64,000 nucleotides of DNA from Ramazzottius varieornatus (Eukaryota; Animalia; Tardigrada): NCBI GenBank assembly GCA_001949185.1, contig BDGG01000013.1:879226-943225 (forward strand). The letters are read 5' to 3'. Shown here in pieces: positions 1-13,600 of the stretch. Under the pieces are notes generated by a model. That model did not search any database, was not told where the DNA came from, and saw only the letters and a list, made by a program, of their open reading frames with translations. Every line of letters begins with the position of its first letter. Within the stretch, counting starts at the first letter, position 1. Position numbers and translations under genes: made by a program.

Positions 1-473
1 AGAATGGACCTGGAAGAATTTGACCATTGAGAAAGGTACCACCATTGGCATCCCCATCTACGCTCTGCACCACGACCCCGAGTTCTGGCAAGACCCGGAG
101 ACTTTCGATCCCGACAGGTTCTCCGAAGAGAACAAGCACAAAATTATACCTTTTACGTTCCTGCCTTTCGGCCAAGGACCACGCAACTGTGTGGGCATGA
201 GGTTAGTGTTGTTCTAGGGGATCTTTGTCTTGATCGACGGATGGGGTTTGTCCTTTCCAGATTTGCCATTTACGAGATCAAGATGGTAATCGCGAGCCTT
301 CTCCAGCGATATAGGCTCATCCCGTCCTCGCGCACGGTAGGTCGCGTTGCAACACAAGGTATGATCCGTTCATGGGATCATATTCTTTGTTGTAGACTCC
401 ACCAATTGTCCAAGATCTGGGCCTCATCACGCCAAAGAACCCTTTGTGGATCAAACTGGAGAAACTCGATTAG
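1..473 (+). CDS. Cytochrome P450 (clan 3, CYP3A-like), copy 1, 3' end only
   Basis: PERF-like FDPDRF and heme motif FGQGPRNCVG. GT-AG introns 202-260 and 337-395. Last exon TPPIVQDLGLITPKNPLWIKLEKLD ends with TAG at 471-473. Confidence 0.93.
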
Positions 474-2936
474 CTTTGAGCAACCTAAAAAAGCGACTTT
501 CTATTGCTGAAATGTAATGACATACTGAGCAAAATTGTATCCCAATGTTATTTAACATTGCGCAAAAGCTGCAGAAACGGGGTTTTTAAGAAGTAAGAGC
601 AGAAACCTACAGCATTACGAATTTCAGGAGTCGCCCATGTTAAAAAACTGCAGATGCCCGATAGTCCAGGCGCTGAACTGCTGTGAGGAACTTAATCAGC
701 TTTCCTGCCACTGCCAAAAATGGCTGCACCATTCACGGTAAAGGGGTATTTCTGCAACTACGTTTTAATTGGCGATCGACGCTTCCGGTCGCGCGCCAAC
801 ATCGGAGAAAAACAGCAATAAAACGTCAGAAAAGTAGAATTATCATAAAAAACCCACAGATCTAACAATACCTTCACAATATACCGAAACAACTATCAGT
901 AACATTTCAGACAGCAACAGCAGCAGCTAACGCCTTTGCCTTTCGCTTCTTGCGCAGGCCGGAACTATGGTTGGCGATACTCTTGTTGATTTGGGCTTCT
1001 TTCGGGATGGGAATCTTTTTCCCCTCACAGAACATAGGGACCATTTCTCAAAAGGAACAGATTATTGGTGCTTGTCAATTAAAATGAGCTGAATAATAAT
1101 TTGATGGAATAGTGGTCTTTATTTCACTTAGAAATATCAGTTAGTCGAAACATATGCGTATGTATTTATTATAGCTAACAGCTAATTGCCTTAGAAAGTC
1201 TTACCATCACCAGCTACTCTAATGCATTCCATGGCATATTCTCGTCGACTTTAGCGTTGAGAGCCTCCTTTTCTCCGCAAAAGTTGTGTTCACCGCCTAT
1301 CCTAGTGAAAACCTCAGGGAAGAAGGCCTGTTGTTCCATTTGACGGTGCATATCGATCCAACCGTTTGCTCAAGCTCGTCATCCACGGGAACGTACCACG
1401 CAGCGTTTGCTACTTGAACCTTTGGAGGATGCTATGTGGAGATAAATTATCAGAGCAGGCGCTGGCTTGTCCATTCTTTTGTAGGGAAACTTAAGGAAGA
1501 AAGCTAGAGAAGAATGGGAAGATCAAGAGCGAAAGGAATAGCAACACGAACGAGCTCCAACTGACGACACTAAAATGCAGTAACTGCAAAACGCTCAGTG
1601 CCAGGACCGTTTATATTGACCAGGGTGCATGATCTTATCATGGTACTAGCTGCTGCTTAGCGAATCTCATCCAACGTTGATCTTCCTAGTTCTTACCCAA
1701 GAACGACTCAACAGAGGCTCGCTTTTATACGCACATGTTTTTACTGCGTTTCCGTTTTGGGCTGCAGATGTCACACTGCGACGTCATCGCATTACTTTAT
1801 GATTATTAGACACCAAGTTCGGTTCCGATCACGGAAAAATGGGATCCTTAAGAAGAACGTAGGTAGTATTGATGTGTATCGACGTGACTTACTCATATCG
1901 CTACACAGCAGACACTTAAAATTTCGTTCATGATCGGTTTCGTAAAAAGGATTTACCGTGTATTAATTACCTCATTGTTTATCAACTGTGCTGCACACCA
2001 GCAGGTGTCCAGTCGGTATCAACTAAATTATTTGACAACTGCAGAAATTAACTAAATTAGTTAACTAGATTATTTGAGAAGTACAGCAATTCTGACCATC
2101 TATATTAGTGGGCCCAATAGTTCTTCGCCACGGATGGCACTCCTCTTTCATCGTCACTTTCAAACTCCCAAGCTTCTACTTGCTGAAATAGTACAGAAAT
2201 TCCATGACAGAAGTTCTTCACAATTTCAGCGGCCATGGCTGCAGTTTCTCGGCGATTCTGTAGCCTTGGCAGAACTTCAGTAACGGTTCTACAGTGTAGA
2301 AGTTCTGCCTAGGCGTGTTAAATAGCATTGGGATGTCGGTTTTTGTGACGTTCTTCCGCGCAGTAGTCTGATTTTTGCTGAGAAAGTTACATGATCCTCC
2401 ATGCGAGAAACAGAACCAGATTGTAAGTTTAGGCGGGGAAGCCAGTTTCTGTAAGTCGAGAACTCGATTGTGTCTGAGCAGCTATTGTGCCCCACCGTGT
2501 ACCATCGGTGGTGCGTCCTGCAGAAATTTTCCAATACTTACAAACACATGAATACGTTGACGGTACACCGTAAAGCCTAACTAATGGAGGGTTTCTCGAT
2601 ATGGAAACCCATACTCGTATCCACTATCTAGCTATTTGTGTACCACGACATACAGTAAACGTGTACTCACTACTCACTTGTCAATACGCTGCGAGCAGTA
2701 CCGTAAAGCTGCTGAGTCAGCTGTTGCCACTGACTCAGTCTTACCGATCGAAGACTTTAGACGACTGTAAACAAGAAAGAGAAAGCTGCTTATCAGCAAT
2801 GCAAGGTATCTCTTTCGAGGTACGGCAACATATGCGAAACTTTCTTGTAGACTATGTACATGCATCCATCTCACTTTCCAGGGAACAGTCAAGAGAACAA
2901 CCTGGCCGACTACTGGAATAGTACGGTAGTGGGAAA

Positions 2937-5681
2937 ATGTTGATCTGGATTGTCACTCTATTTCTGGGGCTGGTTGCATACTCCGTCTAGTAAGTGGACG
3001 ACGCGAATCGATAGGGAAAAAGTTCCGTACCGCTTGCATCGGTTGTGGAAATGTTCGTTACTTTTTATCCTTTACTTGTATGTTTCAGTACAACGATTCA
3101 GAATTATGAGTACTGGAGAAAACGCGGTATTCCGGGACCTCGCCCCATGCTTTTCGTAGGGCAGATATGGAGGATCGGACGGGTAAGAGGATATTAGAAA
3201 ACGGGCTAGAACTCCATAATTAGTGCAAGCTATTGAATATGCAGATGGGATTTGGGCAATTCGATCTTCATTACATCAAGAAATTTGGTCGAGTGTTCGG
3301 GTGCGCGGTGCAACGCCGAGTCAACTACGGAAAGACATCATAAGTTATATGGCTTGCTTGACCGCAGGTACTATGATCAGAAGCCTGCGCTTCTTGTGGC
3401 TGATCCAGGTACTGCCCATTCTTGAATCGTCCTACAGACTGACCATGTAACTGGCAAGTTCTAAAATTGACCATGACTAGGTATGCTGAAGGAAATTTTG
3501 GTCAAGGACTTTTCAGTCTTTGTCAACCGCCGAGTATGACCTCTCTCCTTTATATTAGCTTTGTGGCAGAATCAGCGTTACGCCTTAGCCTACCGTACCA
3601 TCTTCCGCGAACTTTACAAAACGGCTGTGTTTCAGGATTTCGACCTACAGGGTCCCATTATGAACTTGGGACTTTTCTCCCTTCGAGACCACCAGTGGAA
3701 AGTTCGTCCAGATCGTTGATGACACTGAGAAAAATATGGTTAAAAATATATGAGCGATATAATTTTTAGAACGTTCGAACCGTCATTGGACCGGCCTTCA
3801 GCTCTGGAAAAATGAGACAGGTTAGCCGAAGAGGCTCCTCCATAGACAAGCAGTACCTTACCAATCCTTCATGAATGAGCTGTACTTATGTAGATGGAGG
3901 CTCTGATTGTTGACTGCTGTAAAACCATGGACGGTCATCTCGAAAAGACGGTAGAGAAGGGAGAAGAACTAAATTTCGAAGGGTATGCTTACCGCACTTG
4001 TACGTACTGTAATGTATATATATCCACCGATACGTAACGAAAACGGCTTTCAACGCTCTTTCCTCTGAAGATTCTTCAAGGCTATTTCGATGGACGTTAT
4101 CTGTTCGACGTTCTTTGGTACGAAAGTGGACTCGCAAAACAATTCGGACAATGAATTGATCAAGAACGGCAAGCAGGTGTTCGAGGTGTCTGCTACTAAT
4201 CCTGCGTTTCTAATCGCATGTGAGTTCCTTCCCCTAAGACTTGCCAAGTTCGCAGTTGCGCTATTTCTGAAACACAGATTTCCTGATGTACATGTAGTCC
4301 TGGCACCTCGTCTAATTCCGATTGCAAAGTGGATGGGCATACAGATGAGTCCAAAACGTCCGTTGAACTTCCTAATCTCCACGATGAAGGATATCCTACA
4401 CATGCGTCGTACTTCCGGACAGGTATATATTTATAACAGTCATAAACAGAGTGTGAAGCACCGGATCGAATCCTACTGCAGCAGACTAGCAGATCTGCAG
4501 AAGATCATTCTATTTCACTTCAGGTCCGTCGAGACTTCTTGCAACTGATGGTCAAGGCTCTAAATGAGAACGAGACTTGCAAACCTCAAGCTCATTCAAA
4601 ATCGTCAACTCGGTTTGCGAATGATCAGGTGTCGGAGGAGGATGAGAACGGCCCGGATGTCCTCTCTGATGTTCTTACATCGACCGAAGTCCCAGCTCAG
4701 TCGGGCGGTAATCGGCATGCTCAACTAACCAATCGAACACTGACCCTAGACGTAATGCCAATAAAATATTGGAAGAAAAATTAATATGCTGCTGTTCGAG
4801 GTCCAAACTGGTATTTTGTAGGAGGTGCTGGCACAGTCGATTATATTCTTCATTGGGGGTTTCGAGGTACCATATGCAGGCAGTCTTCATTCCTCAGAAA
4901 CATGACCGTGAACTGATCCCTTCTCGTAACAGACTACGGCAGCGACCCTGACTTTCATGGCGTACCACCTTGCCACTCATCCCGATATTCAGGAACGCCT
5001 GCGCAAGGAAATCGAGCAGGTCATCGGTCTAGACGGCGAACCCACTTACGATCTCATTGCCCAAATACCCTATCTGGACCAGTGCATCAATGAAACGCTA
5101 CGAATGCATCCTCCAGCGACACGTACCGAGAGGGAGTGTAGAGAGGAGTGGACCTACGCGAACTTGAGGCTAGACAAGGGGACCATCATCTCCATCCCTA
5201 TCTACGCAATCCAACACGACCCCGAATACTGGCCTGAACCTGACAGATTCAACCCTGACCGGTTCTCCGAAGAAAACAAACATAAGATTGTTCCCTTCAC
5301 CTTTCTGCCTTTCGGACAAGGACCGCGTAACTGCGTCGGAATGAGGTTTGCCGCCTAGAATTTCAGAACGATTACTGTACTTTCTCCAGAAACTGATTTC
5401 CGATGTTTTTTCCTAGATTCGCGATTTACGAAATCAAGATGGTCATCGTCAGTATTCTAAAGCGATATCGCATGGTTTCTACTTCCCGTACCGTAAGTTT
5501 CCGGTTAGGCGTAGATTATTGATATACTGTACCAGCCAATGTTAGTGTTCGTAGCAATCCGTTTGGGAAACGGTTCCCGAAATGAAACCGCAAATCTTTT
5601 CAGGTCATGCCAGTGACACAGGATGTTGGGCTTGCCATTCCAAAGAATCCATTATGGCTTAACGTGGAGCGGCTGCGGTAA
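2937..5681 (+). CDS. Cytochrome P450 (clan 3, CYP3A-like), copy 2, multi-exon
   Basis: ATG 2937 with hydrophobic anchor MLIWIVTLFLGLVAYS, then YWRKRGIPGP, I-helix GGFE/TTAATL split by an intron, ETLR, FNPDRF, FGQGPRNCVG. Stop TAA at 5679-5681. Confidence 0.92.
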
Positions 5682-5889
5682 CTTTGTTCCTGCCGTTATG
5701 GGTGCAATATTAATGAACTTTTCGGGTTCATATCTCTATGTAATCGATAATTGACACATGGCAGCAGCTAGCCGTATCGGCTCTAGAAAACATGGATGCA
5801 TGTTTTCGAGAGAAGTTTGTGATCATTTAATCGGTCCCATTGTCCATCGGTGGTACGTCAGTTTATCCTTCTGGAATTCTCGGAAAGCC

Positions 5890-7750
5890 TACCTAGTTTC
5901 CGAGATTGTTTTCACCAAGCAATCCAGCGAAGCAGCAATTTCTGTTTGGAATTTCCGAAGCGCGCTTTTAATCATGTCGACCGGAAAATTCGAACTGTTT
6001 CTGGTGAATAATCCGTGTTTCTTTCTTCGCTTGAAGAAATATTCATGCAACGCTGGTTGTGTGCATGCTCTGATGTGGAGTAATATCGTAAGACAGGGTG
6101 CGTCTAAACCGCGAGGAGATTCCGAGCTGCGGCATTGACCACTTGACTTAAGAAAAGGGAGGAAAGGAGGGTAGCGTCCGGTGCGACTCAATCGCTAGCT
6201 TATTTGTGAGTTCAACCGCGAAGCCCGCTGCGACATGATTGATTATACATATTTGGAAAAATTGATCCATCGTCCAGAATTTATTCTTCGTCGATCTTTC
6301 TTTTCGACCTCCTTCACCCATTAGGTACTCCACTGCCACAGTTAGTATTAAAGTCATTCAGCAAACAAGAGAGGTCACCATGAATTTCTTTTTATTCAAC
6401 TTGACGCCTTTTTCTCCCATCCGGAACGGATCATCCTGGGATTCCAGTAAAAGCCAGACGCTGGATCTGCCGGTTATTGGTCCACTTACAACTTAGTTTC
6501 CGAATCATGTCCTTGGTGCCAAATCTGCTACCGATCTATGTCTTCATCCCATATCGGTGCGCGCGAACCTCGTTCACCGTATACGTCATCGACCCATGCG
6601 CAGTCAACGTCATTGCAGTTTGTGTTGGCCAACCTCTCACAGTACTGGAGAGATGGGCAGTCTTCGGGCCTCTTCAGGCCCATCCGCTGCTTGAACCTCT
6701 GTTGGGAAGAGCCTCCGATCCATTATACCGACCATATAACATTTGGGATCAGTCCTGGTTTGCTACAGAGAATTTTGGGTGCATTTTGGGTTCAGTAAAG
6801 GTTCATATATGTGACATATATGTCTATCGGACATGAATGGTTCATGACGGGTTCACGTATGGTTCATATATGTAACATCCGTGTCCGATAGACATANNNN
6901 NNNNNNNNNNNNNNNNNNNNNNNNNNNNNNNNNNNNNNNNNNNNNNATATGGTCGGTATAATGGATCGGAGGCTCTTCCGAACAGGGAACGTAGTTTTCG
7001 TGGGCTGCGTCTACCACAGTCATTCCTTATCGCTATCAACGGAAATTGTGCTGTATTCTTCCCAATGTTTTACCGACGTTTCCATCTCCGCAACTGAGTC
7101 CTCCAACCATGGCTTCTGTGTGTCGGTATGGGATTCATGGTGGCTGCTCTGGCTCTTAGGGGGCCGATTCGCGACTTGGTCTGGGGAGGTAGCCCGGATG
7201 ACGGGGCCGAATGCTCCTGGACACAAAGCGGCTTTTTATTATTCCGGCTTCTCATCCAATATGTCGTCCACATTGGCTACATCTTGTTCACATTCTTACT
7301 CTATGTGGCCATTTGCTGTCAAGTTTTCCGCGCTTTTTCGAAGCGACGATTGGATGCCATCGGAATGGCTGTGCAGCAGAGGGAGCAGTCTCAGAGGCCG
7401 AACAATGTGGACCGTTCCGAACAAGTGGGGCGGAGTATGATCTTTACCGTGCCATTGCTGATCTGTACAATCTCGATCGCACTGCTCCCGGCTCATAGTT
7501 TTGTTGACGCTCGTTCATGACTTGTGGAAGCCAAGTTTTGACGTCGTTCGCGTTCTGAGCGCCCTGTGCCCTGTTTTCGATACAATTTTTTTCCTGGTTG
7601 CGGTGAAGCATCTATGGCAGCCTTTACGACGCTGTCGTTAGGACTATACGAGATTGGTCGTGGCTGAGTATCCACAAGCAGGACCTCGTCTGCAACTCGC
7701 ACAGTTTGGTTTTTCAAAAAATGTGCTTTGATTTTATTGGTCAAAGTGGC
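5890..7750 (-). mobile_element. Degenerate protein-coding remnant, possibly an old transposon
   Basis: Several short co-oriented protein-like ORF fragments (5889-6191, 6148-6357, 7020-7226, 7493-7744) with no recognisable motif, interrupted by a MITE. Confidence 0.25.
6697..6987. mobile_element. MITE with ~40-bp terminal inverted repeats (contains an assembly gap)
   Basis: ctctgttgggaagagcctccgatccattataccgaccatat ... atatggtcggtataatggatcggaggctcttccgaacaggg; flanking AAC/AAC is a putative 3-bp TSD. Confidence 0.7.
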
Positions 7751-7955
7751 TAATCGATCGTCTAAATAATTTTAGTCATTGTACCGATGTTTCGCTGACT
7801 TCATTTTTCGCAAGTAAACGGTTTAGATGGTGAGTCAGAATAATCACTAGTAAAGTTACAACAGCATGATGCAGAATTATCGAAAGTGGTTGTTGGACCA
7901 AAAATGTGCGTTGCCTGAGCCTCTGATATGCCGGTCGCTGGATTAATTCCCATCT

Positions 7956-9257
7956 TCAATACAGGAGTTTCCCGAAGCAGTTGCATGTTGCCTTACACTT
8001 ATCCTGCACATACAAAGACAAGACATGAAATAGCAGGATACTTTACCTTAGGGAGTTGAGAAATGGCAGCGAACACGCTCTAATGATTTTCGAAACGAGT
8101 TCGGCAAACATACCTTAAACTGCTGCAGATGTGCTGGTGCACTGGCGCAATTACCGTTTGGAAACAACGCTGCGCTACCTCCCGACGGAGTTTCACAGTT
8201 GGAGTACTCGTTCGTGTACGGGCAAGGATTAGCTGTTGAGGGTAAGAGTGTATCAGAAAAGGGTTAGAAAGTTAGGAATGCGAAGTACGCACTACACAGA
8301 CCGTTGTCACAGTCTTTTGGACATTTTCCGCACTTCGTTCCCGGCGTGTAGGGTTTGAACTGGTTTGGTACAATGCTGCCGCTGGAGCAAAACTTCTACT
8401 AGAGTCAGTCTTCATGGAGGGAGGCGAGAAGGCAGTACTTACGCTGGACCGTAGTCGCAGACCATGAAATGGAATTGCTTCGAGGTACCCGGTTTGCAAA
8501 GCTTGTAGCCACACCCGATCTTGTACGTTTTGGCCCAGACCATGGCAGTGTAATGGCCGACCATTGCATTTGTCGGCTTTCCCCACGTGAAATCTTTGAC
8601 CTCGTCATACCACAGTCTCATGGCTGTTGTCCAGTCGAAGTTTTCCCCAGTCCCCATTGCCAGATTCTGGCCCAGGTCGAAATCTACAGTAAGTGAAAAA
8701 CCAGAATTTCACCCTCGCTGTTTCATATACAGTATACCAATACAGAATCTTCGGATCTCGTACTTGCAGTTTTCAGGTAGGTTCGTCGTTCGGCTTCGGT
8801 GGACGGATGGCGAAATTCACACTCATCACCCAAAGTTGAGCTGGTCTCTGAATAGCCGGATCCTATGAAACGTGGAACATGACAGTGGCAGGCTCTATGC
8901 GACGATAACGGTTGTGCTCGTCGATGATGTGCCTTTGCATGGCTGGTGAACTTGTGTCCTGACCCGCTCCCATGGTGGACAGTTGTTCTTCGGGGTCTAC
9001 CGTGTCAGTGGCCTTGACTTTATCGTACACGTTTTCGTCCCTGTTCCTTCTTGAATCCACAATCGCTCCTTCCACAAGTGGCTCATCCTGCCGAATCGAG
9101 GGTGGGGTTTCCAAGGCGGGCAACGCCGACTGGTATACCGCAGCTGTAAGTGAAAACTGCGAGAAACATGCAAACCGCGAGCAGAGTTCGGTGGAATCAA
9201 CCTACCGTATGCCAGTCCCAGACACAGGCAGAAACCCAAAACAATTCTCAAAGCCAT
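7956..9257 (-). pseudogene. CAP/SCP (CRISP-like) secreted protein pseudogene with Cys-rich hinge and ShK/ICR-like tail
   Basis: Signal peptide MALRIVLGFCLCLGLAYG; HNRYR, GQNLA, GHYTAMVWAKTYKIGCG, MVCDYGPA; C-terminal CGKCPKDCDNGLCTNPC...NC...CKATCNC. In-frame TAG at 8863-8865 replaces the conserved W, and a 1-bp frameshift follows near 8828. Confidence 0.85.
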
Positions 9258-9584
9258 ATATCAAGCGTTTACCACAAGACGTGGGAAATGGTGAGGAATA
9301 TTCAACGTTAATAATTATTCCAGAGAAAACATCTTCTTTTCTATTACGCGAATCAATCAAGTGTGAGCAACCATCACATGCATTACTCAAGTTGCAATCT
9401 CGTACCCTGGATGCAGAGGCGTAACCGGGCAGTGTTCTGCCGATAGAAACGGCGCCAACTGTTTTGAAGTGTTCATCGATCTGCTCTTGTCGTGTCGATT
9501 GAGGCAGAATAGGCAGTGAAGGTTGCAAGCAGATTGTGTTACCCTCAGTATGGTGGGAGAACCATCGGCCCAAGAAGCGCAACG

Positions 9585-10026
9585 TATGGTGAGTCGCGCG
9601 ATTCAAAAGTCCACAGTACTTTTACCGCGGGTGCATGCGCGGAGAAACTGACTTTATCGGCGCATGCACGCGCGGTGAAATGCCTTTCTCCGTGGTAGTA
9701 CGCGCGGAAAACCTCGACGTTGTCCGCGGGTGCATGCGCGGATAAAAATACCTTACCCGCGCGTGGATGCGCGAAGAAATTCCATGCGCGGGGAAATACT
9801 TTATCCGCGCGTACACCCGCGGATAAAGTGAGTTTCACCGCGCAAGTGCCCGCGGATATGTAAAGACATTTCACCGCGCGTGCATGCGCCGATAAAGTCA
9901 GTTTCTCCGCACATCCATGCGCGGAGAAACAGTTAAACCGCGCATGGATGCGCGGAAAAAGTATTTCACCGCGCATGCACCCGCGGTAAAAGTACTGTGG
10001 ACTTTCGAATCGCCCGGCTCACCATA
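9585..10026. mobile_element. Non-autonomous DNA transposon with TATGG termini and 6-bp TSD (IS3EU-like)
   Basis: Long imperfect TIRs tatggtgagtcgcgcgattcaaaagtccacagtacttttaccgcgggtgcatgcgcgg / reverse complement at 9970-10026. TSD gcaacg at 9579-9584 and 10027-10032. Internal gcatgcgcgg repeats. Confidence 0.82.
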
Positions 10027-10443
10027 GCAACGCGACCAGTTGATGTTCTTCGTTGATGCAACCTGCCGGCTTTCCCTTATGGCCTGACATAGTTTAAAAG
10101 AGATATTCCGTAATAGTTGTACATGCAGGACGAGAAATTATGGTTCAGTAAAAACTATGGTACAGGCGGAAAGGACGACAAAATGGAAATTCGACCGTAG
10201 AAAAGTGTCGGAAAATGTGTTACTGTGAATCGGTCGCGTACGTACGTGCTCCCGTACCGCCATAGCGAAAAGACGTGTACCATAATTTCTCGTCCTGCGT
10301 GTACACCTCAAGTCAAAATGATTCCACACAAAAATTTATTTCTAGATAAATGAAGGACTGACTGCTTCACCTTGAAAACATCAGCGGATACCCTATAGAT
10401 GAAGAATCGTTGCCCATGCTGACCCCCGAGAAGCAATGATATA

Positions 10444-10600
10444 CTGTATTCTCCCGATATCTTCGCGAAGCCTGTTACCCATGGCGCCGCCTGCGGAACG
10501 TACGAGACGTACAGCGTGCACGGGGGATCGTGTGGATAACGTACGTCCTGCAGGTGGTGCCATGGGTAACAGACTTCGCGTAGATATCGGGGGAATACAG
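10444..10600. mobile_element. Short hairpin MITE, TA TSD (Tc1/mariner type)
   Basis: ~60-bp inverted repeats ctgtattctcccgatatcttcgcgaagcctgttacccatgg / ccatgggtaacagacttcgcgtagatatcgggggaatacag, flanked by TA. Confidence 0.75.
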
Positions 10601-13600
10601 TACATTTTACGGTGTTCGAATTTCTCGTGAACGCCAAAATGAAAATCTAAGTGTTTCTTCAGTTTCTCCCACATTCATAGCTTTCGAAAGGACTAGGTCG
10701 TACCGGTTGTCTTGGCGAACCCGCTGTCTGCCCGCATTGGAAAGCGAACATGGATCGAACGGTGGATTAGAAGCCTTTCGTGTGCTCTGATGTCTTCACG
10801 ACACCCTTCGTTCGCGTGGAGGAACTGGCCGTTTATGTAACAAGGACTCGACATTTTTTATCCGTAACATGGAAGTGGTACGGACATAAGGTGAAACCCG
10901 CTAAAACGCCAGCGCAGACCGCAAAAAAACGAACAACTTTCGAAAGAAGATGTCACTACTTCGACAAAGAAAAACAGCAGGAAGGACTTTTTTCCACCGA
11001 GAAATTCCCGTTTCAGTGTCAGACGGATCCTGTCACTTCAAAACAACAGGCAGATAGTTACCAGATCATACTAAGCGCAACACTTCATCAGGACAACCCC
11101 TCAGCACCGATGACACTGATCTTCACCAATCTCTTTGCCGGATGAAGGTCTCTTGATATGCTCGACGGCTGCTTCCACCCTTCACCACTCCGTCCGATTT
11201 TCGAGTATCTGCGTCAGTTCTTCCCTTCCGCTACTAGTCTCCGATCAGCAGTCCTTGGCCTGCAGGAGAGAAACCAGGACCAGAGTAGGGAGCGGCGAGC
11301 AAGGGCTTGACGCACGGCCCCCCAGCTCGGTCGAGGCTGTGCCGCGAATTTAGGCAAAATCAAAAATCAAACCCAGATTGTGGATCGACTGGACGGTAGG
11401 CAAGCGTGATCTAGAAACAGGTCTGGATGCTGAAGCTTACCTACTTCTCCCTCAAGACCCTCTAGCAGCCTAGCAGGGACAGGAACGTCCAGAGGCCTTT
11501 CATCTGTAACAGAAAGAAACATTGTTCGTTAACAAGCCTCAGTGAGGCCAGTAGAATGGTATGGAGCGCTTGAATTCTCACCGCTCGGTTCCGGTTCTGT
11601 CATCTTTGGCTGGTTTAATTATCTTTATGGCTGCTTTCTTTCTCTGCTCTGAACTCGACAGTCGGGAGAACATGCTCTGCAAGAAACAAGGCAGACGTCG
11701 ACAGGTCAAGACAAAGCAGGCAAGAAGCGCTTGCACTCTTGAACTTATGCCCCATTCGTGCTTCCGCGTCGGCGACAGGAGTCAAAGGCGAGAAGTTTGC
11801 AATCAAGTAATGCGGCTGCCAACAGTTCGAAAATTTCTGACGCAGGCATGATGTTACAACTTTTTCGCTAAGTTTAGACTCTCAGCACCTTTCCGTAAAA
11901 CTACCCGTCGTTCATACTCCGATGCGGCAGAAACGGAATGTCAGGTCAGGTCGTGTCATATGTTGTGGTGTCATGTCGTAGACCACAACCTGTCGGAAGT
12001 GACCGACTGCCTTTGCTCTTTCAAGATTCCTTTCATGCTTTCTTTCTTTCGTCAGCCTTCTGATCCTCAAATTCAAGTTCGAAAATGTTGACCAAAGCTC
12101 AAATCCTTCGCATTGGAATAAAGTACTGGATGTATCGACGTTGCAAACTTCTGAGACTGGCCAAGGCATATACCACGATAGATTCTATGCAAGAGATCCT
12201 GGGTGAGTACAGAAGGGGTTGTATTACAGGAAGATAGAGCACGCGCCAAAGTGAAAATCCGCCAGAAAAACATTTTCCGCAGGCTGCTCAACCTGATTCC
12301 CGTAGGTTGTGAAATATGGCACTGAACGAAAAAGTTAAGGCGAAAAACCGAGCGGAAAAAGTCAAGTAATGGACCGTTCGTACTCAAGAACTTTTGTTGC
12401 AGCTGCAGAGCTTTCTCCGCTGGAGGTGCGAACGATGACGTCACCAAAAAACCGTTTTTACTGCTGTCTTCTGTCGCCGACGCGTAGGCACGAATGGGGC
12501 ATCAAAAAAATCCCAGCAGATAGTTTTACCTGACATCAGCTGTACCATCTGGGGCGATCCCCTCAGCTCGCAAAAGCAGTTTCTCCTGCTCTTCTGTACC
12601 ATCGGTCTCCATTTCCAAGTTTTGTACTTCCGATTGTGGCAGGATAATTTGGAGAGAAGAGGGACAAACAAGAAGCAAACGAGAATAAGCGAAAAGCTGA
12701 GTCGTTGAAATTAAATTTCGGCAATGAATTTCCAAATTCAGCCGGGCTGCAGCCTGACTTGGTCAAGCTGAGCCAGCAGCCGTGAAGTCATATCGCGATC
12801 AGCATGATAGCTCGATCGAATTTGTTGGCCAAAAGGCCGTGTCTCGAAGATACACGGTGTCGAGTAGACTGCGCACCGCAGGCACTGGCCAATGTTTTTC
12901 GTAGTATGGATGGTTTCTGTTTTCGCTTTCCAATGAGGGCTGACTTCTGATGTAGAAAACCAGCATGCAAACAAGTCGACAGCTTCTATTGATTTTACTC
13001 CCTTTTTCGACACAGATTTTCTCCTTGGGTTTTTAAATCCCGAATAAAATTGTGAAACAAGAACTGTCAAGCAAAGTGATACAAAAATCACTCCTCCAGA
13101 AAGATATAGCTTGAATAGCCAACCGTGTACATTTCGGTTAGCTTCCACGCGCCTTTGCTTGCTACATATTTACAGAAGCTGCGTACTGTAGCCTTCCTGT
13201 ATTAGAGTGCTTTTGAACTTTTTCCTCCCTGTGCTCAGGTCCGGTCATTTTTTCGCTTGAAAGTCTTAGTTTTGGCGTGGAGTTACGGACTCATGGTTGC
13301 TCCACTTCTTGGTGTTGCACATCGACCTGAATCCGAGTTCTGTCCGTAAGTTAATTATTTCAGGCGCATTTGTTCTGCAGGATGTTTGATCAATTCTTTG
13401 GAGTTTTTGAAGCAACCTGTGGTTTGTATACAACCGGAGTTTTGCCGGTTATTTTTGGTTAATTTGAAGGTCATGTTCGGAACCTTCAGTTTTACAAACT
13501 CGACCTTTGGCCGTTCTGAATGGGCAGCTTTCCCAGGTACTATCGTTCCTTCCTGCTATGCGCGAACAGTATCACTATCTCCTTGGCAGGAGCATCCAGG

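Noticed and set aside
900-1620. Short minus-strand ORFs with an upstream TATA-like sequence
   Set aside because: Under 60 aa, with no motif and no convincing splice pattern.
9585-10026. Regularly recurring gcatgcgcgg units resembling a CRISPR array
   Set aside because: Units are degenerate, arranged as a palindrome inside TIRs and TSD, lack unique spacers and cas genes, and the context is eukaryotic.
11220-11355. GC-rich hairpins with cgaa/cgga that might form a ribozyme
   Set aside because: The pairings cannot be arranged in HDV or hammerhead order; probably a decayed repeat.
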